A DNA stretch of 64,000 nucleotides from Podarcis muralis (lineage: Eukaryota), in contig NC_135656.1 in the NCBI RefSeq assembly GCF_964188315.1, forward strand, positions 33,976,001 to 34,040,000, written 5' to 3'. Both the position numbers and the translations under genes were made by a program. The notes beneath the pieces were generated by a model. It was given only the letters and a program-made list of their open reading frames with translations. It made no database searches and was not told where the DNA came from. This document shows positions 49,884 to 63,568 of the stretch, one piece after another; position 1 is the stretch's first letter, and each line of letters starts with the position of its first letter.

Positions 49884-52579
49884 TACTGTGCTTGAGGATA
49901 GCTGGAGACCCCAGGAAAGTAGCATAAAACAATCTTAAAATCAAGTTGTAAAATGGGTGTTTCTCAGCACCAGTGGACTGCACCTGCATATCTTTAAACT
50001 TGGAATACATGGTCAATGTGTCCTCTTCATCTTTCCCCGTATCATGTGAAATGGACAATTACCAATGGGCCACCAGTGTTGAAGCAGCTCAATATCAGAA
50101 CTGCCATTCTTGCAGAGCTGCTCAAAATTCTGCAGCAAGGTCTGTCGCCCCCTTAGCTGGCAGGGTTTGACTCGCAGCAGCAAACACACACCTACCTCCA
50201 GAGGTTTCCAAATGCCGCCTGCAATGGGCGCAGCTTCTTTTTGCCTCACACTCCCTCATTATGCTAGCCTGTCAGTTAAGATCTCAGATGCTTCCACAGC
50301 TGAAGACACTCCTGCTAAGTAACTGCTTAGTATTGGTTTCACTCCATTTTGCGTGGTATGGACTGAGAAAGGGAGGGAGGAACAAATGTCAATCATCGTG
50401 TCATGAAACAAATCCTGGAATGGAGCAAAGAGGTTGTCAGGGACACAAGGCTTCGGTCTGAGTTTTGCAAAAGGTTGCCCTGTTAAGGGCTGTCCGCACA
50501 GTCTGGGAAATCTAAGAACTGTATACACACATATATATATGAGTGTGTGTGTGTGTGTGTAAAATATATTCATCATTGCACCTTCATTTAATATGTTACA
50601 CTTCCAAACATTAAGGCACTGCCATTTTAAGAGACCTAACAGGATTTGTGTCATTTATATAGTAGAAATTAAATTGATAAAGCTTCGTTTAACTCAGAAT
50701 GCCCTCTTTTCTTTTGCTGCAGGCAGCAAAATGTCTTAAGACTGTGCTTTTATACGTCCACCATGCTCTGCTTTTACTGTATATCTCTTGAGGAATGGCT
50801 GTTTAGCCCAGTGTCGAACCATATCTGAAGGGCACTGCATCAACTGCCCATGCTGTGCACACTTCCCTGGTAGTCAGGCCTATGGATATACTTCCAAGTA
50901 GGAATGCATGCAACTGCACTTTATATTTTCGAGATCAGCAGCAAGAAAAAGCCACACCTGTCAGAAAGGAAGGGAGATTCCAGTACAGTAATTCCTTTAT
51001 CAGCATTCTCCAAGCAGAGCCAGTAGATCTATTGCGCATACAGAGAGTGTGTGGGGGGAAAGAGAGAGAGAGATGCCCTGGAGCATACAAAACACCTTCA
51101 TGTTTAATTTGCAAGTTCTGAAAACACCCCAAATGGCTGGCACTCCTATTGCACCACCACCAGTCACCACCCCCAGTCACACCGAAAGAGCACGCCTAGG
51201 CTGCTGGCCGGCCTGGATATAGAAAGCATGACAGGGCGTGCTTTTGCAGAATTGTTGTCAGATGTTTCTGGTCCTTCTTTTCCAGCAGAGGGTGCAATCG
51301 CACTACCAATTCTATAGTCCACTAACAGGGAGTGGTTTAGGAGCAAACAAGGTGAAAGCCAGGACTCTTACTACAGAGAGCTATTTCAAGACCGGCTGGC
51401 TATGCTACTGGTCTGGTGGTGTGGAAAAAGAGAGAGACACGCACAAGACGACTGCAGTTGTGAGTGTTCACTCACTGTGTTTGTTATATGTTTACATAGA
51501 ATAGCCACAGACTGTGCAGATTGTATTTCTTTGTGGACATTTTGTCCCATAGCCTACATTTTATTTCCTGGGTGGAAAGCCCAGTTCCTATTATCATCTG
51601 TTGAAGAGTTCTACTGATGTGGCTTCACAAGTTGTGATTTGGGGTACACTGATCTGTCATGCAGTGCCTTCTACCAATAAGCGTCCCGATTCACCAGCTG
51701 TTATGTTCTGGGAACGTGCTCAGCTGCAGTGTCACACCTTCCTTAAGCCAGGTGTGCTTGGCCACCTCACCCCAGATGCTCACCAGTCTGCAAAAGCTGA
51801 AGGCAAGAACAGCTGGACTGCAACCCAAACATTAGAGAAACAAGCCATGGTTTGTTTGGTCACCTATGGGGCAACTCAGCACTGGTTCAGCAAACCATGG
51901 TTTAGCATTAGCTGTGAATGGGCCAATGTCAAAGCTGCCACAAGGCTGTTTGCTGGGCCCCCAGTATTGAGCATACACTTCTGGAAAACGCACCTTAACG
52001 TCTGTGAAATGACCCACAGTGAGATTATATAGGTGAACAAGGGTTCAACTTCCTCACCTTCATTGCATAGCAATGAAACTCAATATCAGCTGAACACTGG
52101 GACCTGCACAACCCTATGCAAGTTCTGGTGATCACTACATTTTTGCTGTCTGCAACAAATCAAATCCACTATCTAGGTGCACCTTAAAAGTGTTTGTGAG
52201 AATCAGCATTTCAGAAAGCTGCAGCTGCTGGAATCTCTTGCTTTCTTCAGCAGTGTTATGCTCAATCTGTGAATGCACCTATTGCTCCATCTCAGTAGAG
52301 CTACTACCTATGAGAAATGGGGCTTCATGCCAGGCTCAAAGTGCCTGGAATGAGTGATGCAATGGTCTCTCTGGCTTGGAAACAGAGCAGGAATGGAGTC
52401 AGTGGGCTTCATTTTGGCCAAAAACTGGAATTACTGGGATCTGGCTATACTAAAATACTGCCCTTGTTCTAGTCCCAAATGATGCAATTTGCATTTAAAA
52501 TAAACCTGCAGGAAACGTACCTGGAAGCAACCTCCTCTTCTAAATTACAATCATGAAAGACAAACTACGCCAGGTTCTT

Positions 52580-52585
52580 TTTATT
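52580..52585 (-). terminator. Candidate polyadenylation signal of USH1G
   Basis: AATAAA on the minus strand with U-rich upstream sequence and a GU-rich element ~15-25 nt downstream. Confidence 0.45.
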
Positions 52586-53686
52586 AAAAATATTGTAATC
52601 AGGCAGTGGCAGGGAATAGTATGCACATGGTATAATAAATAAGCAGTAAACAACAGGGTCCTTTTACGGGTTGGATATACATACATACAAGGAATACAAA
52701 ACATACCAAACATCCACAGAAGATAGGAGGTGTACTGTAAATGCACAAACATTTACCAAACTGCAGCCTAATTCTATGCATATTTACTCAGAAATGAGTC
52801 CCTGTTGGATTGTAAAATTGACTTCTGCTCATGCAATAGGACTTCACCTTCTCCCTCTCCCAGCCCTCTTCACACCTCAGAATATGTGTTCTGGATGGTG
52901 GGGACTCCCCATCCAGAGCAAAATTTGGGTGTGCACAGGAGAGAGAGAGAAGGAAGCAGTGAAGGCCCACTGTGCAAGAGAAGGTTTGCACAACATTGGA
53001 TTCCGCCCACTGATGTTCAGTCAGGCTTACTGCCAAGTACACATAAGATTGCAGCCTGAAAGATATACACTGTAGATATGGTCAGGCACAAGAGAGTCAT
53101 GTAAAGTGGAGAAAGGGAAACAGTTTCTCTCCATGATCTCAAACCACACAACACTTGCTCCAGAGAAATCCTACTGAATAAAAGTAGGCTTGAGAATTGC
53201 AACCAAGTTTAGGTTGTTCGTTTAATGGCTAATATAAACAAAGAGCTTGGCTAAAATTCAGTTTACCACAGTTTAAATTTGCCCAGTATTGGTCCTTTGG
53301 ATTCAAACCACATGCATATGTGATCAGATGCTCTTAACTGCTGTCAAATGACAGTGGCACAGGGGCGGCGGCTGTGGGCAGGATTCCTTCATTCCTAGGG
53401 GGTTAGACTAGATGACCCTCTACAATTCTGTGAGTGGAGGGACCTATGTTTACACATGGCAATAAGCTGTCCAGTGCTGAAAGGTCTGCCCCTATATTTT
53501 GTCAGTGGGGTTTTCTTCACCAATCCCATTGGTATGGCTTAGCTTGTTTTACCTTTATTTAAAACGTTGCAACAAAGCCTTTGCAAAACTGATGAAGATA
53601 CATCACCAGGAGAAGTTCTGTAACATAGACCAGCCCATCCATTAGCAAAAATATGAACCTTGTGGGGAAAAGAGGCTTAAGACAGT

Positions 53687-53691
<5 letters not shown>

Positions 53692-53733
<42 letters not shown>
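53692..53733. repeat. (GT)n microsatellite in the probable USH1G 3'UTR
   Basis: Direct reading. Confidence 0.95.
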
Positions 53734-53735
<2 letters not shown>

Positions 53736-54429
53736 CGTTCCAGTCACAGTAAGTGAAAGCAGCAGGCATAAAGACAAGGCAGGCATAAAAAATAAACTAA
53801 TTCCACCATACATTTGCCTCCCACTCCAAGTCACGCAGCCTGAACTGTGCAAAGTTACTTGGAATAAGAGCAATTTCCCTAGAGTTCTCAGAGCAGGAAA
53901 TGCAGGTGAGCTCCTGCTCAACTTGGCCCTAAGCATGGTGGCTTCACAATGTGCTAGCCAAAGTTACAATACTGGTGGGATTCCACTGACATTGCAAATC
54001 TTGGTGGTGGTAATCACAGAGTCATGAAGGTTTGGTTCAAATGAAGCTCCTTCATCCGTCGCTGTTCATATAGGATAGGCCTGGAAATCCTGTGGTGGGG
54101 GAAAGTGTTCAACAACAGCTAGAGCGCCACAGGCCTTGTAAGTCCTGTTGGACTTGATGGGGCTTACTTCTGAGTAGACATGTATAAGACTGCATGGTTA
54201 GATTAGTGTAGTGCAACTCATGTCCCCAAAATGCTCTTAAGCAAGAGGCTGTTCTCTGGCAAATGTCTGCAGGCAGGAAAGCAGAGAAAGGAAGCTGAGA
54301 GGTGGTTAGAATTGGGCCTTTTATTATGGCGTTCATTATTTCCCACTGTTAGAATCACTGGGAGATGTTTTCTGGCAACTTAGAACTGGGGTTTTGTTTT
54401 TCTGTTCATTTCTTGTTCCTTAAAAACAG

Positions 54430-54433
54430 CTAT
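54430..54433 (-). CDS. USH1G: USH1G terminal exon, coding part (last base of Leu codon + TAG stop)
   Basis: On the minus strand tttcttctctccgttgcag|A TAG has a strong pyrimidine tract, a TTAAC branch-like motif upstream and CAG at 54436-54434. Splicing to exon 2 gives GAG CT|A TAG = E-L-stop. This matches my recollection that human USH1G exon 3 holds only the last few coding bases. Confidence 0.75.
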
Positions 54434-55726
54434 CTGCAACGGAGAGAAGAAATTTTGTTAACGTAAAAGGACATTAAAGTACAATTACTGAACTTTTCAG
54501 GGCTACAGAGTCATCACTGATACAAAAGCATGAAGCAACAAAAATATTACTGGTATCTGTGAGAAGCCCATTGTAAATCCAGCATTCCACAAAACGTTTC
54601 TCAAAGCTGCCTAGGAGATTGCAGTTCCTGTCCTCCATTCTTTGCAACAAGTAAAGATGCGTACTTAAATCTTCAGACCTACTTTACAAATAACCACTTG
54701 AGGCTAGGAATAAGAATGGGATAACATGCTTGCGGTTTACCAAGAAGTGGCACAGGATTTTAATGCCAACACTATAATTAATTGAAGGCTCCCATGCTGT
54801 CACATAAGAAATATATTATCCTACGGCAGCCATTGATTAAGTAGATGAGAATCTGTTTACAAAGCCAGATCTATCTTTTCTTCAGACCAACCACCTGAAT
54901 ACTATTTTTGCCTTTTAAGGGATGGTGGGGAAACTCTGGCCTTCCATGAGCCTCAACCAGCACAATCCAATGTACAAGAATTATGGTCTAGCATATGTAG
55001 TCTAGCATATGAAGGGCTATGAGTTTCTCATGCCTGCTTTAAAGCTACCAACAGGCCTGAACTAGCTGTTGGACAGGTACAAATAGTATGGGGCTATGGG
55101 CCAGTAAGTAACAGCCAAAGGGAAGTCTCCCCACCACCACACAAGTCGCTCCTTTAGCAGAGGGTGATGCAATGCAACATCTGGAGCAGCAGGAGGTGGC
55201 TCTGCCAGTACTGTGCTTGTGAGTTTGCGGATCAGATGGTGTGAGCCCAAAAGTCCATAATTAGACCTGTCCTGTAAGGGTATGGAGTAGCCCAAGGTCT
55301 GTCCCTAGAAGCTCAGCTTTTGTCTGGTTTTTTGGCCAAGACTGCTTAAGAATGGCTTCCAGTGGCTTTAATGGCAGCACATTAGTGTTGATTTCATTGG
55401 GTAAAAATTATATTGATACCAACACTACCTTAATCTAGGTAGCAAAAAGAATCTGATTTAAGACATTACCTCAAGGCAACTTGTGTACCCAGCTTGCAAA
55501 TATTGAAACATTTGTATAAATTCATTTTTGTCAGTCTTTCTGCTGGCAATTTTCTGCCGTGTGCTACGCAGACATTCTCCTACCACCCTGATCTATCGGA
55601 GAATTCCTGTTATTCAAATACATAATATGAATGTACGTAAGAAGTACCATTCTATGCTATGCGCATCGCATGCTGAAGACCTGTGTGCATTCCATGAGTG
55701 TGAAAGGAGGGGGCTCAATTGCTTAC

Positions 55727-56959
55727 AGCTCAGTGTCTTCTATGACTTCAGGGTTCTCCATAGTCTGTCTCCTCCTCTTGCAAGCATCCAGCATCTTTTT
55801 CCGGGGCCCCAGTGGAATGTTGATGCTTTTCAGATCATTGTCCGAACACAGCATAAGAGCTTCCAGGTCAATCTTCTCCTTCTTGAGGATTGAAATGAAC
55901 TCCGACATATGCAAGGAAGCCAGAAAGGTCTCCAGGGGGCTCGTCTCGGGTTCGATATCATCATCCAGGCCCAGCTCCACCTCATCCCACGGCAGCTCCT
56001 CCACATTCCTCTCCTGCAGGCTGTTGGCACTGCCGATGCTGTCATTGAGACTTGGCGAGCGCTGCAGGCGGTTGTGAAGTTTAACACCCATCCTGTCCTC
56101 TCCCAGCATGCTGGGGTCATCCTGGCCAATTCCAAACAGTCCGCTACTGACATAGTTCCTCCGGAAAACCATCGTGCCAAGTCCAGGTCGATTGAATAAA
56201 GAGTCGTGACCAGAATCAGTGCTGACCTCAGAATGGGCCGAGTCCATGTGCAAACCTGGGTCACTTATGGCACGGGAGACAGTATCTTCATCCGTCATAA
56301 ACATGTCCCTAACGTTGCGCCGGGTCCAGTCCTTTGGGCTAACGTAGGTGCCTTGTTTCACAAACATGACGTCGTTGCCCAGCTGCAAGCCAGACAAGGA
56401 CCTCACACTTTTCCTCCCATCCTCGTAGATTTTGAAGGTGCCATCCACTTGCTTCTTTTTCTCCAGCTTCTTCTGGATTTTGGTCTTGCCCTTGGCTGTG
56501 CCGTGTATGGTGGCCTGAGAATATGGCAAGGAAGTCATCATAGACATGTGCTGGAACCTCCTGCTCAGAGTGCTGCTGGAGTAGCTGGAAAAACTCATAG
56601 TGTCTGAGTGGTCAGACATTTCCTTCTTGTACCGCTTCTCCATCCTCTCATGGTGCTTCTTCTGCATCTTTACACAGTCCTTAATCCGCTTCTCTGCGTC
56701 CTTGAAGGCCTTGTCCTTCAGCTTGCTCACCAGCTTGGGGTTGAGGCCACTCTGCTTGGCAGCAATGGAGTCCAAATAACGCACACACTCCATGTGACCC
56801 TTCATGGCTGCCATGTCCAGCGGAGTGTGGTAGTCATTGTCCAAACACCAGATGTTGGCCCCAAAAGACACCAGGAAGGAGAGGCAATTGAGATGACCAT
56901 TGGCTGCTGACAGATGAAGAGGCGTGTTCCCCCAGATATCACATTTGTCTGGGTCACCC
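55727..56959 (-). CDS. USH1G: USH1G/SANS coding exon 2 (ankyrin repeats, central region, SAM domain, C-terminal PDZ-binding motif ...DTEL)
   Basis: Translation [16 protein letters not shown]...[39 protein letters not shown]...[26 protein letters not shown]...[14 protein letters not shown]...[14 protein letters not shown]...PLGPRKK...EDTEL closely matches recalled vertebrate USH1G. Acceptor tttcctgcattttag|G (AG at 56961-56960) is phase 2. Donor CT|GTAAGC at 55726. Confidence 0.93.
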
Positions 56960-58435
56960 CTAAAATGCAGGAAACAAATTAGTTAGTGATCAAGGAAGCC
57001 TGTATACCTAATGAGTAGATGTTGCTTAGGACTTGTGAATTGTATCAAATCAGTTTACACATTCTTATTCTGGCGTTTACCTTACCTGTGGCCCTTGTCT
57101 TAATCAATCACAGTAATTCTGGAGCATTTTCTGGAGGAGGAAATCCACACAAGCAGAATTATACCCAATAAACTTCCCTTCATCTCCTGTCAACAGATCT
57201 CTTTCCACCCTTCTCCACAATGCATTATTGACCTTTTTTAAAGCTTAGCTTCAGACCTGCTGTGCTTGTTCAGTCTTCTTCTTTTCCTCAGAGTGAGAGA
57301 GGGTATATTTGAAGTTTGGGGATGGCAAAGGTGGCAAGCAGCACTGACACTGAAGTAAGACATTGTGCACTCTCTCGACCTTTCTTGTGTGGGCATGAGG
57401 TGAAACGAATCCCTGCTTTTCAACTGCACTAGAGGTATTGCACAAATTAGAGCAGCTCCTCCCTACCCACTCACGCCTGCTCAAATGCCCTTGGTTATCT
57501 TCTCCAGAAATCCAGGACAAGTTAGCCAGGAGCACATTTCAAGAGGGAGCAAAGGTGAGTCCGCCTCCAGAACCACAGTCTTCACTAGCACCGAGCTTAT
57601 AATCTGGTCACACCTTTCCCCAGCAAAGTCGGCACAATGGGAGGCTAGTATAACCAGGCATGCTAAAAGCTTCCCCAGTATGCAAACCAAGACTGTCCTG
57701 CAAACAACATTTTGTTATTTTATTTTATGTCCCGCCCTTTCCCTCAAGGAAATCCAGCTATCATGCATGTCCCCTGCACCGCCAACTTTATCGTCAGTAA
57801 GACCAAGGAGACCTAGGTTCAAATTCCCACTCATCTAGGTGACTTTGAGCCAGTCATACTACCTCTTAGGGCTTATGCACACATTTGCCCCACTCTTTCC
57901 AGGCACAGGTCAGCGCTTGAAATCTCTGTGTGGTGTTTTTGCCCCAGAGCTTTTCCTGCAAAAAACCTGCTCTTTAGTGCTCAGTCAGCACAACTGTCAA
58001 TACTGGGTTTTAATATGGAATACTCTGGGGCAAAGAAAACAATGCTTGGATACAGAGCTTTAATGGATAAGCCTTGGTTATGTTGGGTTTAAAAAAATAA
58101 AATTATATTGTTATCAGTTATGATGTTTTATTTATTGTTTATGACTATTTTTGTTACATTGCAGTTAAGTTTCTTTTGTGTTGTAAGCTGCCTTGAGCAT
58201 GGCTTGAACTGTGAGGTGGCATACAAATTAAATTACGTACGCATGCATAAGGTTGTTGTGACGCTTAAAATGGAGGGGAAGGGAGTACCCTGCACACTGC
58301 CTTTCCCCATTAATATTTCTTTACATTTTTATGGCTGCCCATCAGTACAGTTTTCTAGTCCACTTACAAAACATGTATGCTGCCTCGCTCTCTTTGGAGG
58401 AAAGGCAGCTTACAAATATAATACATAAAGCTGGG

Positions 58436-58484
<49 letters not shown>
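58436..58484. repeat. (GTT)n microsatellite
   Basis: Direct reading. Confidence 0.95.
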
Positions 58485-58485
<1 letters not shown>

Positions 58486-59394
58486 TGAGTAGTGCTTGTT
58501 AACTCCATAGGCAAAAGCAGAAGACACGTTTTTAAAAGAGCAGTGTTGCTTAGTGGCAGGCCTTCTCCCTATTTTAATGAGATGCTGGAGTGACCGATAC
58601 AAGATTTCTAAGCCACCCAACTCCAGATAAGCTCTCTGTTGCGTTTCCCACATAGAGCGAAACCTATCTAACTAGCCAGGCCCAGCAAGCAGCAACAGGA
58701 GGTGGGAGGATGAAGTTGTCTGGCAGCAGAACGCTGGAACAGGTTTCCTTTTGCTTTGTAGCCCTGGGTAAGTGAGTACCATCCAGTTCGCTGCGACTCC
58801 TTCGCTAGCCTGCCCTCATCCCTTCACCTTGATACTGGCCTATCGGTAGTGGGGAACTCAGGGAAAAGATGAATATTTGATGAATTGCAAGAGGGGTGAA
58901 TTATTGATGGAGATTGCTTAAAGAGACACAGAAACTGTAAATGCTGGAGCCGGCTGGGAGCTCAGGGCGTGTGTGGCATTGTTTATGTTTGTTCTGAATG
59001 AACACATGTGCATTGGAATTGGGCGTGGAGGCTTGCAAGCAGCCGGAAAAGCGGAATCAGACCCTATTGTTTTCTCCCTGCAAGCGAGAAATGCTGCTTG
59101 TTTCCCAATAAAGCAATCTATTTCACACTGATACAAAGCAGTATCGGGTGCAGGTCCAGGGCAGGAAAATGCAGCTATATCAAAGATTCTTGTTGCCAAT
59201 GTAGACAATTTCATGATGTCTCTTCGGAATGTCCCAGCTTGGCGGGGCTGAAGGAAAGCTGGGTGACGGCTGCTTCCCACGTAACCTTTGGTTGGAATGT
59301 GAATTCACCAAAGCTTAGCGACTGAAACGTTAAGCAAAACCATTTAGATCCACTTCACAATGAGCATTTTTTCACTGCCCTGAGCTGGAACTTG

Positions 59395-59630
59395 ACATAA
59401 GAATCCTGCTAGAGTAAGCCAATGGGCCACCCAGCTGCCAATGGCATTCTGTCCCCACAGTGGCCAACCAGACACCTATGGGAAACAAGCAAACATGATC
59501 CGGCCATGAGGGTACTCTGTCCTCCCATTGCTTCCTGTGACCATGGAGGCAGAGCATAGCCATCATGGCTAGTAGACATTAATAGCTTTACCTTCCATAA
59601 ATTTGTCCAGTCCTTTCAAGATGGGAGCTG
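59395..59630 (-). mobile_element. CR1 3'-end fragment
   Basis: cataagaatcctgctaga...gggccacccagc... resembles the CR1 3'UTR seen at ~6000-6200. Confidence 0.5.
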
Positions 59631-60562
59631 CGAAGTACAATACAACCGTTCCTTGCACCGCATTGTACTGCAGCCCCTCATTATTGAAAATTGCAATACA
59701 AATTTAGCCGCTAAACCATAGAGTATCAGGGCTGGAAAGAAGCAGCATGCCTCATATTGTCCTCTCTTACATTCACCCACTTGCCCAAGACATGTTAGTG
59801 CCTGAAGCAGGAAAAATCCCAGTGGAACCTACCTCCCAAATAGTGGCTAGTCTCATGACACAACTGACAGCTTGTTGCTCTTTAAATGGTACTTTGAAAT
59901 CTAGTGCCCAATGTGACCTGCCGCCACCTGCTAAAAGGTAGGCCTCAGTTTGGATAGCAGCTTCTGCTGCTGCTGGATGATTTCTTGAGGCAGGTTGTAA
60001 GGGGTTGGTTGGTTTGGGCCTCTTCAAGGAAAATCAGTGAAGAGTCTTGTGGAACCTTGAAAGATTAACCATATTTTTATAGCATAAGCTTAAAACTACT
60101 ACTACTACTAATACTAAATAGGATGTTTAGTCTTTAATTTGCCACAATACTCTCCTTTTTCGGTTGCAACAGACTCACTCTGGAAATTTGTTTCAATGAA
60201 AATGACTTCTTGGAGAGCCAACGTTTGAGAAGGGTCTTTACATTAAAATGGTGAGGTGTGGATTAGTACTCAAGGCAGATGGGGGATGCTGGCAGCTCCA
60301 GGCAGGGCATTAGGCAGAGTGGGGCGACCACCTGAGGGAGCAGTCCTTGAGTGTTCCTCTTGAGCACACATCCCTTCTTCCATTCCTCTCTGCTGTCACA
60401 CTGCTTGTCCTTCACGCTACTGTGGCCTGGTGCCTCAGATACAGTGGAGAAAGCTGTTGCACCCCCAGTGTTGATATCAGATTCCACTGCCATTCCAATT
60501 GGTTTCTGTGCTTGGAATGTGGAGGGACGCCATCTTGTCTGCCTCAGTCAGCAAGACGACTT

Positions 60563-60807
60563 GAAGAAGAAGAGTTTGGATTTGATATCCCGCTTTATCA
60601 CTACCCGAAGGAATCTCAAAGCAGCTAACATTCTCCTTTCCCTTCCTCCCCAACAACAAACACTCTGTGAGGTGAGTGGGGCTGAGAGACTTCAAAGAAG
60701 TGTGACTGGCCCAAGGTCACCCAGCAGCTGCATGTGGAGGAGCGAGGAAGCGAACCCGGTTCACCAGATTACAAATCTACCGCTCTTCACCACCACACCA
60801 CACTTGG
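60563..60807 (-). mobile_element. tRNA-derived SINE, Squam3-like
   Basis: Reverse complement of the 13630 element with a (CTT)n tail. Confidence 0.75.
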
Positions 60808-61828
60808 GTCAGCCCTGGCTCCGGGACTGCTTGATTCCCACACTGGAAGGGCTCTCATACTGCAAACAGACTCCACGACTAGGTCAAGTTTCAGTGCCAA
60901 GTGCCAGATTGGTGTGCTTTCCATTCTGCTCCAGCATAGGATTTCTGTAACCTCACTGCACGGCCGCCTCCTTTGTCTGGTATGATGTGAAGTGCTTCCG
61001 CAACACAGTTGGACACCATCGTCACGTGGGACAGGGTGCATGAGCGGGGCTACAAGGAACACGAGAGACCAAGTAGGCATGGGATGCAGGGAGAGGAAGA
61101 GGCCTGTCCAAAAACCTCCTTCCCACTTGACTGATACCAGATCATCCTTTATGGGAAATTCAGTAATCCCTGCTAACAACATCCAGGCAGGAAAAACATA
61201 ATTAAGTGCAATGACTGGTGGCAGTTACAAAACCACCAGAAGCAGGAATCAGCAAGAACCAGTAACCAGGGGGAAGTCCCTTTGCTAGGTGGAACATTTC
61301 CCGTCTGGCGTTAGGGGAAGTGCATGGGAAGGGGTAAGGTTGCATCAAGCTCCAATTAATGTGAGCCCAAGCTTAATCACAGCTAATAATAATCTAATTG
61401 GCTGTGATGTTTGCTTAATTGTGACATATTGCCGCTTCCAAGCACTTACAGCGCTTCCCTTAAAAAAAAAAAATGCCACCAAAATACCCTATAGATAACT
61501 GTTTCTCAAAGAGTGGGCCGGGACCCACCAGTGGGCCTTGGGACGCTTTCAGATGGGCCTCAATGCCACAGTCTGCCCACTGCTCACTCCTCACTTGCCT
61601 TCCCTGCTTCTTGGCCACGCCATACCCTTTTGGTTGGACCAATGGCAGCACCAGCCAACTGCTTACATGGTGAGAAAACATGGCTGGAGATGGGGGGCGG
61701 GGAGGAAAGAAGGAAAGAAATGTTCCCTCTGAGGAGAAAGGACCAGGGAAGGTAATGGAGGAAATTAGAAAGTCAGACAAAAGGTGGTGGTTGCTGATGC
61801 TGCTGCTGCTGCTGTTAGCAGTACAGTA

Positions 61829-62070
61829 CAGTGGTACCTCAGGTTAAGTACTTAATTCATTCCAGAGGTCCGTTCTTAACCTGAAACTGTTCTTAACCTG
61901 AAGCACCACTTTAGCTAATGGGGCCTCCCGCTGCCGCCATGCCACTGCTGCACAATTTCTGTTCTCATCCTGAAGCAAAGTTCTTAACCTGAAGCACTAT
62001 TTCTGGGTTAGCAGAGTCTGTAACCTGAAGCGTATGTAACCTGAAGCGTATGTAACCCGAGGTACCATTG
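61829..62070. mobile_element. pogo-type MITE
   Basis: TIRs plus TA TSD; an extra taacctgaagcgtatg unit. Confidence 0.9.
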
Positions 62071-62174
62071 TAATTAACAAACTGGGACTAGTACATCTGG
62101 AGGGGACTTGGACTGGGGTGTTTTGTTAAGGGGGGGTTGTTGTTGTTGGTCTTTTGCATCTTTATTTACGATTT

Positions 62175-62350
62175 TTTGTGATTCATGTGGGAATTGTTTG
62201 GTTTTGGTTTTGTATTTTTTAATGTTGTATTTATTGTTTATAACTACTTTTGATATGTTGTAGGTATGTATTCTTTTCTGTTTTAAGCTGCCTTGAGCAT
62301 AGTTTGAATTGTGGAATGGCAGCATACAAATCAAATTATGTATGTATGTA
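62175..62350 (+). mobile_element. L2-type 3'UTR/tail fragment (similar copy at ~58110-58250)
   Basis: ttttaagctgccttgagcatagtttgaattgtggaatggcagcatacaaat...(TATG)n. Confidence 0.45.
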
Positions 62351-63568
62351 TGCACGGCTTTTTTAAAAAATAGAAAAAGTTGTCGGTACTGACCATGAAG
62401 TTGTTACAGCAAGTGCCACACTTTTAACATTTTGAGGGAAAGGAGGTGCCCAGAAAAAAGCATTGTATGTATTTATGAATAGAAATGAAGAAAGCTGTTT
62501 TACATTAAAGGACCAAGTGAAATGGCAGTTGGGTCCAAGTTTAGTGTGAAAGAAAGGGAAAATAAATCACAGGAGATGGGCAAAAATACTTTGAGAGGCA
62601 TGCGGAGTTGGGACGATAAAAATATAAAAGAAAAAAAATACGTTCTCTAGTTAGAAGCCTCTGGATTAGCAAATTCCGCCTAAAATGGGAAGGCCTAGGT
62701 ACACCATACCTCCAGAGCAAATGTTTGTAGTAAGTAGAGCTATGGAACTCCTTGACGCAAGGAAATTGCAGTGGCAAAGAAGTAGGCCATTTCAAAAGAT
62801 GGATTAGGTGTAACTAGAAGGTAGCTGCTTATGCTAGCTGCTTATGCCGAAGTCTGCATCCATCTGCCACCATTTTGTGATGGGTGTGCTTCAGTAATTT
62901 TAGCCTGTTCCAAATGGGTCCTAGGGAGCAGATAGTTTGAGAATGCCTCCCTTTGTTAACCCAACAAGTGGCCTACATTGAGCAGCCTCTTTTTATCTTC
63001 TGTAAACCTCAGCCCAATCCGTTTGTTGCCACATTTAGTGATGCAAGAGCTATAAATCAGGCCCTCACTATTTGCATACATAATATTCATGAGTAATCAC
63101 AAATATTTAGGATTGCCATTTTTTGTCGCCATGGCTTCCATGCCTTAAACAGACACAGGATAGGCAGAAATGCTAAGGTTGTAGCTTTCCCCAGCCTTGT
63201 GATGCTGTCATGACAGGGTAAAATGGCCTTTGTTGAATTTCTGCTCCTTCCTGACACTTGTAAATGTACAGGATCACAGCATCTAAATGTAAAATAAATA
63301 CAGAAAAGGATGCTACAACTACATTAAAGGGAACCACTGAGTTCTCTTGAAGTGTCTGCAAGATGTACAGATCACTGGGCCACTGTGGATTTTATTTTTA
63401 ATTGCTCTAGCGTCACTCGCGTCCAACACATTTTTGGAACTTTATAAACAAAAAAACAAATCTCTAATATTCTGTGCTCATCTATCTCCTTGCATGTCAG
63501 CCTTCTCATGAACTGCCTTCCCGGAACAGGCAGAAATCTGAGAGGAAAGGGAACATAACAGGCTAGTA

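Larger units (their letters stand above)
52560..54429 (-). other. USH1G: Probable USH1G 3'UTR (~1.85 kb), contains an (AC)n tract
   Basis: Runs from the TAG to an AATAAA at 52585-52580 that is followed by a GU/U-rich tract (gtagtttgtcttt). Other AATAAA hexamers occur at 54325-54320 and 53559-53554. Confidence 0.5.

Noticed and set aside
55528-56910. Several 96-148 aa ORFs overlapping USH1G (plus strand and an alternative minus frame)
   Set aside because: Antisense or out-of-frame shadows of a GC-rich coding exon; no independent domain or splice evidence.
61829-62070. Regularly recurring TAACCTGAA(G) units resembling an array or CRISPR
   Set aside because: Subterminal repeats of pogo MITEs; eukaryotic context, no unique spacers, no cas genes.
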